A stretch of 15,053 nucleotides of DNA from an uncultured Fibrobacterales bacterium. GTDB lineage: Bacteria; Fibrobacterota; Fibrobacteria; Fibrobacterales; CAWVXU01. The stretch is taken from positions 1-15,053 of the forward strand of contig CAWVXU010000064.1 in assembly GCA_963934255.1 (NCBI GenBank), given 5' to 3'. Each line of letters starts with the position of its first letter. The first letter of the stretch is position 1. This document shows, in pieces, positions 1 to 6,351 of the stretch. Under the pieces are notes generated by a model, which had not been told where the DNA came from, did not search any database, and worked only from the letters and a program-made list of their open reading frames with translations. The position numbers and the translations under genes were made by a program.

Positions 1-1
1 G

Positions 2-535
2 CTAGATTATTTGGAACAAGGATATGAGTTTAAAGGGATAGGGGTGGATACATCAGGTAATGCTTTGATGATTGCCGCTGAAAGAAACTCTCAGCTTAAT
101 TTTGTGTTGTGGGATTACCAGAAGTCCACTACTCAAGAGCTAAACTCAGTACAACAGGCCATTTGTGTATTTGGGGTAGATTTTGAGAGTCTGCCTCAGT
201 TGCAACCTGAAGCGATTAATTCCTATGCACCCTATTTAAGCGAAGACTCACAGCTTCATAAAATGAGATTGGAAGAGGCTTTAGGGATTTGGGAAAATTG
301 GTCTTCAATCTTTGTGTCAAATTCTCAAATGATTCAGGTTTTAAGGCTAGCTTGGTTTGATCACTTTGTGGCTTGGATTCGAGCAGCTGAAGAAAATGAT
401 TGGATTTTGGTTCACATAGAGTGGGTTGAGAATCAAGAAAGATTTCCCCTAATGACCTGGGAGTACCAATCAATTAAAGCGGGTGTATTGACTCAATTAT
501 CGACATTAAAAGATTTTTGGGACAGAGAAATTTAA
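2..535 (+). CDS. Probable class I SAM-dependent methyltransferase-like protein, 5'-truncated by the window edge
   Basis: The frame is open from base 2 (CTA GAT TAT TTG...), so the TTG at 11 is probably not the start. GIGVDTSGNALMIAAER followed by LNFVLWD resembles the acidic 'GvD.S..al..A' strand/helix of class I methyltransferases. The Gly-rich motif I would lie upstream, outside the window. Stop is TAA at 533-535. Confidence 0.5.
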   Translation, partial: LDYLEQGYEFKGIGVDTSGNALMIAAERNSQLNFVLWDYQKSTTQELNSVQQAICVFGVDFESLPQLQPEAINSYAPYLSEDSQLHKMRLEEALGIWENWSSIFVSNSQMIQVLRLAWFDHFVAWIRAAEENDWILVHIEWVENQERFPLMTWEYQSIKAGVLTQLSTLKDFWDREI

Positions 536-546
536 GACAAAATCAA

Positions 547-568
547 TCAATCATTCAATAATGATTGA
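547..568. terminator. Weak AT-rich hairpin between convergent genes
   Basis: TCAATCATT-caat-AATGATTGA is a 9-bp perfect inverted repeat in the 58-bp gap between two convergent stop codons. It has low GC and no clear adjacent U-tract. Confidence 0.3.
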
Positions 569-593
569 ACTCTAAAATAAAAAATCAGAAGAC

Positions 594-1508
594 TTAATAG
601 CCAGCTCCATCAAGTGGTGATGGGACTTTAATTTCAACATGGCCAGGTTCTTTAGACTTGGCAATCATCAAAGCTTCTTCTACGCGCTCAAGTAAACTAT
701 CTAAAGCTTCTCGCTCTAGACTTTCCACAATTCCAACACTTAAGAGTAGCTTTTCAAGCGGCACTCGAAGTGATTGATGCGGGATTTCTATAGAAAGAAC
801 CGATTCTTGGATTTCTAAGATAATTTCTTCGACAGTTTTGCTGAGACTCGTGCCTTCAGGTCGCCAAAGTGGCACATTAAATAAGCACAGTAGCAATTGC
901 CCTTCATTGTATTCAATAACAAAATCTTCTCGTCGACGAAGTACTGCTTGAATGACTGCAGCAGTTTCATTATATAAATACTGTGCTATTTCGGGACCTG
1001 TCACATCAATGACATTTTGTAGTCCTTCCACTTCAATAAGAACCATCGCCATCCGGTGACCAGTTCTTGAGTAGGCATTGTAAGTGATAGGCAATTCATT
1101 CTTAAGGAAAGCTTTTGAATAAGCGCCATTCGATTTTGCTTCATATGAAGAACTCATTGACTGCTGGAGAAGCTCAAGTTGAGAACTTAAATTCTTTAAT
1201 TGAGTGCGTTCCCGAAAAACTTTAGCAACTCCATCCTCTGTAGGGATTTCATACATTCTAAAGTGAAGTTGTTCACCTAGTGGGCTTTGTAAATGCAGAT
1301 CGCGATATTTTTTAGAATAGCTGATTTGTGGAGAATCCACAATGCCCATTTCTAAAACTTGATGAAAGCCACTTCCTATGAGGCTGTCTTCACTTTCACC
1401 TATAAAAAAGCGACTAAAGAACTCGTTATAGTATAAAATAGTGCCTTCACCATTGTGAATACAAACCATGTCACTTGGAAGTGATTGAATAATAGTTTTA
1501 AAATCCAT
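594..1508 (-). CDS. PAS-like + degenerate GGDEF-domain protein (probably catalytically inactive; RxxD I-site retained)
   Basis: The N-terminus (IIQSLPSDMVCIHNGEGTILYYNEFFSRF) is PAS-like and is followed by a short coiled coil. The C-terminal half follows the GGDEF layout: AMVLIEVEGLQNVIDVTG (cf. llDiDnFK.vND.yG), RRED-FVIEY-NEGQL (cf. RxxD-x5-GGDEF), LSVGIV and LLERVEEALMIAK (cf. ll..AD.ALY.AK). Confidence 0.75.
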   Translation of the reverse strand: MDFKTIIQSLPSDMVCIHNGEGTILYYNEFFSRFFIGESEDSLIGSGFHQVLEMGIVDSPQISYSKKYRDLHLQSPLGEQLHFRMYEIPTEDGVAKVFRERTQLKNLSSQLELLQQSMSSSYEAKSNGAYSKAFLKNELPITYNAYSRTGHRMAMVLIEVEGLQNVIDVTGPEIAQYLYNETAAVIQAVLRRREDFVIEYNEGQLLLCLFNVPLWRPEGTSLSKTVEEIILEIQESVLSIEIPHQSLRVPLEKLLLSVGIVESLEREALDSLLERVEEALMIAKSKEPGHVEIKVPSPLDGAGY

Positions 1509-1614
1509 AATTTATCTCAGATGTCAATTTTGTAGAGAATATCAGAAATATTATCTATATCATATATAATAATAGATATTTAGGCCAAAATAACTAATAA
1601 AATGGGATGATATC
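1509..1614. promoter_or_regulatory. Divergent promoter region between the GGDEF-like gene and the NagB-like operon
   Basis: This is a 106-bp, extremely AT-rich gap between divergent starts. It holds TATAAT at 1565-1570 and a 7-bp inverted repeat, TATCTAT (1552-1558) / ATAGATA (1572-1578). An SD-like GGGATG precedes the GTG at 1615. No clear -35 box. Confidence 0.45.
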
Positions 1615-3612
1615 GTGGAATTTCATAGTCAAAATGATTTAAAAGCTGTTTATCAAGGGATTGCTAAATCATTCCTTGAGCTAGTGAAAAAGAATCCCAA
1701 AGCTGTATCAGTGCTTCCGGTTGGGCCAGATGGACTTTCCTTGTACAATGCAATCAAAGATGAACTAGATCATTTTCCTCATTTAGATTTTACACAAATT
1801 AAATTAGTTCAACCCTTTGAGTTTGTTCCATTGGGGCTTGATGACCCGAGATTAATTGGCCCCCAATTTATCAAGCTTTGGAGTCAATTGCCAGGAGTTG
1901 TATATACTCAATTTAAGTGTTTTCACAATGATCAATGGAATGACTTTTTAAATGACCTTTCTCACGAAGACCCGCGTATGCTATTTCCACGTGGAATGGA
2001 TATGTCTTTGAGAAATATATTACGCCCAGCCGAAGAAGATGCTCTTCAAGATGATTGTATTCAAATTCTCGATAAAATCGCCATGAACATGGAAGAAGAT
2101 TTAAGAGAATGGGGTGGAGTTGATTTCTGTGCTCAAGCTCTTGGTTATGGAGCTCGCTTATTTATGAATATATCGGGGTCATCTCATTATAGTGCGAGTC
2201 GCCTGACGCCTATGAATTATGAAGCGATGGCAGAGTATTCTACTTGGGTTGACGGAATTGATGAAGCGCGCAAAACCTCTGCACTGACTTTGGGACTTGG
2301 AAGCCTTTTACTCAAAAAAGAAACAGAGATTCATCTTGTTGGGCTCAATGAAGAAATTTCTCGTGAAATAAAATTGTTGAAAGATGGAGCCAAAGATGTC
2401 ACTTTGCCTGCCTCTATTGCAAATAGAGTTGAAAATTCCCACCTCTGGTATACACCAGATTCAGGTATGGATCTTGCCGAGGGCGCTAATGGAAGCTTTA
2501 TGGAGCTTTCACAAGAAAGTCGTCAAGAATTTATTGAAAAATGTTTTGAATCTGGACAAGAGTTGTTTAACAAACGCCATATACTCCATACAGCTCCGCA
2601 CCATGATGATATTGAACTCGGTTATTTCCCGCTTTACATCCAAGATTCAGATACTAGTCGCCATACGATTTCATATTTAACCTCTGGCTTTAGGTCTGTG
2701 GCTGATGATTTCTTTGCAGATCGTTATGAAATGATGAAAATTGAATTCGTCACGGATGCCCCTAATCCAAGTTTATCTGAAGTATTGAAGAAAAATTTAC
2801 AAGCTAAATGGCAAGGACACAAACAGCAAGCTCTTCGCTGGGAAGCTCGCTATCTTCTTCGTCGACTTAAAAAACAAATGAAAGAGTCTGGTGTCTCTGA
2901 AGCTTCGGTTCGAGGGATTGTAGCTGACTTCCTCAATACAGCAAGCCCAATGACTGGTGAAACGCGCCAAGGCCATATTAATTTCCTAAAATCATGCATT
3001 CGTGAATGGGAAGGCGAGCTTGTTTGGGCTCATTTAGGTTTCAGTCCCAATCAAGTGAAACATTTAAAATTAGACCTTTATGGTGGGTCTAATGATGATG
3101 TCAAGCGGGAAATTACTCGCATTGCAGGTCCGTTGATGGCACAAATGGAGGAATTGCAACCTGATGTCATTACAGTGGTTCAAGACCCTGAGGCTTCAGC
3201 TCCGAGGACTCACTATAGGTGCCTACTTGCTGTGCGTGAAGCGGTGCATTTATATCAAAAAAAATATCCGGAATCGGACTTAAAGGTTTTAACTTATCGT
3301 AATGTTTGGACAAGGTTCCCACTTTCTGAATCCAATATGATTATTCCAGCAAGCTTAAATGATCTAGCTGCTCAAGAAAAAATGTTTGAAAATTGTTTTG
3401 TTTCGCAGTATGTGGCACAATATCCAAGTCCGGGACATGATGGCTCTTTTGCTGAGCTAGCATCAAAGGTATGGATGGAACAATTCGGACAGCTTTCAAA
3501 TCACCTAAATCCTGAAGTATTAACTCAACATAAAGACCCTAGATTCCGAAAAATGGCCGCTGCAATATTCATGAAGGAATATTCTGCGACTGATTTTTTG
3601 AAGATTTTCTAG
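1615..3612 (+). CDS. Long NagB-like fusion: degenerate glucosamine-6-phosphate deaminase-fold domain + C-terminal PIG-L/LmbE-family de-N-acetylase
   Basis: The N-half follows NagB order (VLPVGPD, LVQPFEF, WGGVDF...MNISGS...SRLT, ALTLGLGSL, LPAS). The C-half has HILHTAPHHDDIELG (HxDD metal motif, 2599-2610), YLTSG, PDVITVVQDPEASAPRTHY, YRNVW and FVSQ. GTG start, TAG stop, no signal peptide. The nagB symbol is withheld because the catalytic residues are absent. Confidence 0.85.
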   Translation: MEFHSQNDLKAVYQGIAKSFLELVKKNPKAVSVLPVGPDGLSLYNAIKDELDHFPHLDFTQIKLVQPFEFVPLGLDDPRLIGPQFIKLWSQLPGVVYTQFKCFHNDQWNDFLNDLSHEDPRMLFPRGMDMSLRNILRPAEEDALQDDCIQILDKIAMNMEEDLREWGGVDFCAQALGYGARLFMNISGSSHYSASRLTPMNYEAMAEYSTWVDGIDEARKTSALTLGLGSLLLKKETEIHLVGLNEEISREIKLLKDGAKDVTLPASIANRVENSHLWYTPDSGMDLAEGANGSFMELSQESRQEFIEKCFESGQELFNKRHILHTAPHHDDIELGYFPLYIQDSDTSRHTISYLTSGFRSVADDFFADRYEMMKIEFVTDAPNPSLSEVLKKNLQAKWQGHKQQALRWEARYLLRRLKKQMKESGVSEASVRGIVADFLNTASPMTGETRQGHINFLKSCIREWEGELVWAHLGFSPNQVKHLKLDLYGGSNDDVKREITRIAGPLMAQMEELQPDVITVVQDPEASAPRTHYRCLLAVREAVHLYQKKYPESDLKVLTYRNVWTRFPLSESNMIIPASLNDLAAQEKMFENCFVSQYVAQYPSPGHDGSFAELASKVWMEQFGQLSNHLNPEVLTQHKDPRFRKMAAAIFMKEYSATDFLKIF

Positions 3613-3648
3613 AATTGTGAACAATAAGAATTTTTGGAGAAAATTTCG

Positions 3649-5514
3649 ATGCATTTTAAACTAGTAGATGACAGCTTATTTAGTCAAGAGATGATCCGTT
3701 TAGTTCCTAAACATTTTAGTGCCACAGAAGGTGTTGAGATTCGTTTTGAACATCGTGATGAGGTAGATGGTTATCATTTTCATAAAAATAACGATCATAT
3801 CTTACTTCAGTATAGTCACTTCTGTGAGGTTCCACACGCTTTAGGTGATATTATCACAATGGAGGAGATTCCTCTTGATGTCCATAAAGAGGCACCTTTT
3901 AACTTCCGCGGTATTATGCTAGATGTTTCTAGAAATGCAGCTGTTCGAGTTGAAGTTTTAAAAGAAAAAATCGCACGATTTAGTTTACTGGGGATGAATC
4001 AATTCTGTCTTTACACAGAAGACATGTTTGAAATTGAGGGAGAACCTTTATTTGGATATGCCCGTGGTGCCTATTCTAAAGTAGAAATACGTGAACTAGT
4101 TGATTATGGTCGCGCTTTTGGGGTGAATCTTTTTCCATGTATTCAAACTTTGGGCCATATGGAGCAGATTCTTAAATACCCTGCTTATAAAAACCTACAA
4201 GATAACGAGTTCATCTATAATGTCTATGCTGATGGTGTCTATGAGTTCATCGCTAAAACTATTGATGCTGCATGTGAAATGTATGATACAAACCTGATCC
4301 ATATCGGTCTTGATGAGACACATGGCTTGGGACGTGGATACGCCTTCAAAGAGGGAGAAGAGATTAATCCTCGTATGATTTATGTTGATCACTTGAAAAA
4401 AATCGTTTCAATGTGTCAAGAAAAGGGTCTACAGCCGATGATGTGGGGCGATATTGTGATCGGATCTACTCAAGGTGAATCTCATATGAAACAAGAAGAA
4501 ATTGACTCACTACCTAAGGGTGTTTTGATGGATTATTGGGACTATCACTCATGTTCGGACGAAACTTACAAACGGGATTTAAAAGATTTCCAAGATATGG
4601 GATATGAAACTTTAGTCTCGCCAGGTGTCTGGTGCTGGAGTCGCTTCTTCCCTGGTTACAAAAAAGCAGAAAACAATATCAGTTCTCTTTTGCAATCGGC
4701 CAAAAAAATGGGTGTTCGCAAAGCCTTAAATACTCACTGGGGTGATGATGGACATGAATGTTTCTTTGATTACAACATCCCAGCCCATGCTGTTTTTATG
4801 GCAAATTGTACAGAACTACGCTCAGAAGATGTCGAAGCGACAGCTAAAGCCAAAGTCAGAGCTGTTTTTGATGTCGGATTTGATGATCTGGTATTAACAG
4901 GTGAAATTGACTGTATTGATGGCTATACTGGCCGAATATTACCTCCAAATATTGGGAAATGTCTTTTTTATGAAGATCCAGTCCAAGCGTTGTTCTCGGG
5001 CGTAGAAGAAGTGAAACCTGAAAAAGAATATTATGCAAAGCTATCTATAAAGTTTGCTGCACTTCAAGCCCAAGGGGATTTTGCTGATTATTTCGAACAA
5101 GCCAAGCTTTTTTGTGACTACTTAACTGTCAAAATTGGTTTAAATGATCAAGCTCGTGCGGCTTATAAAGGTAACGATAAAGCGGCAATGCAAGCATTGA
5201 TTCCAAGTTTTATTGAAGCTCGTAAAATTATGAGTAACTTTAAAAATCTTTATCGCAAACTTTGGCTCAATGAGCGTAAAGCATTCGGTTTAGAGGTCGT
5301 TGAAGGACGTTTAGCGACTCAAATCTCAAGATTTGAGTATTTTGAGCAAATCGCAACAGCTTGGATAAATGATGAATTAAAGCAAATTGATGAGCTTGAA
5401 TTAGAGCATGTCGCTTTCCATCATGGATCAAAAGAAGACGATGAATACAAGTGGCCTGACCACATGCTACATTATTCACAGCTTTTTTCTCGCTCACAAA
5501 ATAAATGGTGGTAG
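3649..5514 (+). CDS. Glycoside hydrolase family 20 beta-N-acetylhexosaminidase (GcnA/HexDC-like), cytoplasmic
   Basis: Motifs are FRGIMLDVSRN, LYTEDMF, PCIQTLGHME, IHIGLDETHG (catalytic Asp-Glu at 4312-4317), MMWGD, YWDY and THWGDDG, plus a helical C-terminal domain (LWLNERKAFGLEV). The ATG at 3649 has GGAG at 3636-3639 and is preferred over the TTG at 3634. No signal peptide. Confidence 0.93.
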   Translation: MHFKLVDDSLFSQEMIRLVPKHFSATEGVEIRFEHRDEVDGYHFHKNNDHILLQYSHFCEVPHALGDIITMEEIPLDVHKEAPFNFRGIMLDVSRNAAVRVEVLKEKIARFSLLGMNQFCLYTEDMFEIEGEPLFGYARGAYSKVEIRELVDYGRAFGVNLFPCIQTLGHMEQILKYPAYKNLQDNEFIYNVYADGVYEFIAKTIDAACEMYDTNLIHIGLDETHGLGRGYAFKEGEEINPRMIYVDHLKKIVSMCQEKGLQPMMWGDIVIGSTQGESHMKQEEIDSLPKGVLMDYWDYHSCSDETYKRDLKDFQDMGYETLVSPGVWCWSRFFPGYKKAENNISSLLQSAKKMGVRKALNTHWGDDGHECFFDYNIPAHAVFMANCTELRSEDVEATAKAKVRAVFDVGFDDLVLTGEIDCIDGYTGRILPPNIGKCLFYEDPVQALFSGVEEVKPEKEYYAKLSIKFAALQAQGDFADYFEQAKLFCDYLTVKIGLNDQARAAYKGNDKAAMQALIPSFIEARKIMSNFKNLYRKLWLNERKAFGLEVVEGRLATQISRFEYFEQIATAWINDELKQIDELELEHVAFHHGSKEDDEYKWPDHMLHYSQLFSRSQNKWW

Positions 5515-5525
5515 TCCAAAACTAC

Positions 5526-5548
5526 TAATATTTTATATATTCGTTTAA
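5526..5548 (+). promoter_or_regulatory. Possible internal promoter (-10-like TATATT) for the CBM/beta-barrel genes
   Basis: TAATATTTTATATATTCG lies in the 83-bp gap between GH20 and the CBM gene, directly upstream of the tandem repeat. No terminator hairpin is seen after GH20. Confidence 0.3.
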
Positions 5549-5586
5549 AACCATAAGAACCATAAGAACCATAAGAACCATAAGAA
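5549..5586 (+). repeat. Perfect tandem repeat (AACCATAAG)x4 + AA
   Basis: Copies lie at 5549-5557, 5558-5566, 5567-5575 and 5576-5584. The array ends just before the SD-like GGAAGAG (5589-5595) and the ATG at 5598. Confidence 0.97.
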
Positions 5587-5597
5587 ATGGAAGAGAT

Positions 5598-6347
5598 ATG
5601 TCCAAATGGAGTAACATCGCAAGCAAGGGAGCACTAGCTGCTTCAATATGCTTAACATTAACTTGGAATTCTTTTGCTGGCTTCAGTGAAGTTCGCGAGA
5701 GAACGAAAGTAATTTTTAAAGAGAAAGAACCTCTTGAGGATCGCTCTAATATTGCTCTTTCATTCGTGGAAGAACGATTAGGTGCCGGCGCTATTGTACA
5801 GGTTTATCCTTGGCCGGACACACCGCGCCCGGGCATGACTGATCTTCAAGGTGCAGACTCTTCTAAATACGCCTTAGAAGTTAGACTAAAACATGATGCA
5901 TGGTCGGGCACTGCTATTTGTTTAGCATCCACCGCCGACTTAACCCCTTATTATGATGAAGGTGCCTTAGAGGTCTGGATTAAAGGTACCAAGGGCAGCG
6001 AAATATTTGACGTCACTTTACTTGATAATGGAGTCAATTCTGACGGGCATCCTCAGCGTGTTTATATGTCAACTCGCTCCTACACTGTTATCAACAATAA
6101 AACTTGGACTCAACTTTATGTTCCTCTCTCCGATTTGGGTGGAGTAGGTAGTTACTGGTCCGAGACTGAAAACAAAAGAATTTCCAATCGTTTTAATTGG
6201 GAAGGTGTTAACTGTTTTGGTATTGATATTGAAAAAAACCGTTTTGACTCATTTAATGTCTATGTTGATAACGTTAGAGTCTTGAAAAAGGTTCCAGCAC
6301 GTGATAATGCTGGCGTTGAATATCCATTTGTGAATAAGGGGTATTAA
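5598..6347 (+). CDS. Secreted stand-alone carbohydrate-binding-module-like protein (CBM11/CBM30/CIA30-type beta-sandwich)
   Basis: Sec signal peptide MSKWSNIASKGALAASICLTLTWNSFA. The jelly-roll pattern is WSGTAI..DLTPY...ALEVWIKG..GSE.FDVTLLD...WTQLYVPLSDL...FNWEGV..FGIDI...VYVDNVRV. The protein is Trp/Tyr-rich with no catalytic domain. Confidence 0.75.
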   Translation: MSKWSNIASKGALAASICLTLTWNSFAGFSEVRERTKVIFKEKEPLEDRSNIALSFVEERLGAGAIVQVYPWPDTPRPGMTDLQGADSSKYALEVRLKHDAWSGTAICLASTADLTPYYDEGALEVWIKGTKGSEIFDVTLLDNGVNSDGHPQRVYMSTRSYTVINNKTWTQLYVPLSDLGGVGSYWSETENKRISNRFNWEGVNCFGIDIEKNRFDSFNVYVDNVRVLKKVPARDNAGVEYPFVNKGY

Positions 6348-6351
6348 ATCC

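Noticed and set aside
594..1508. Active diguanylate cyclase
   Set aside because: GGDEF is replaced by NEGQL, and the metal- and GTP-binding residues are substituted.
5549..5586. CRISPR array or replication iterons
   Set aside because: The units are 9 bp, directly abutting with no spacers, and no cas or rep gene is nearby.
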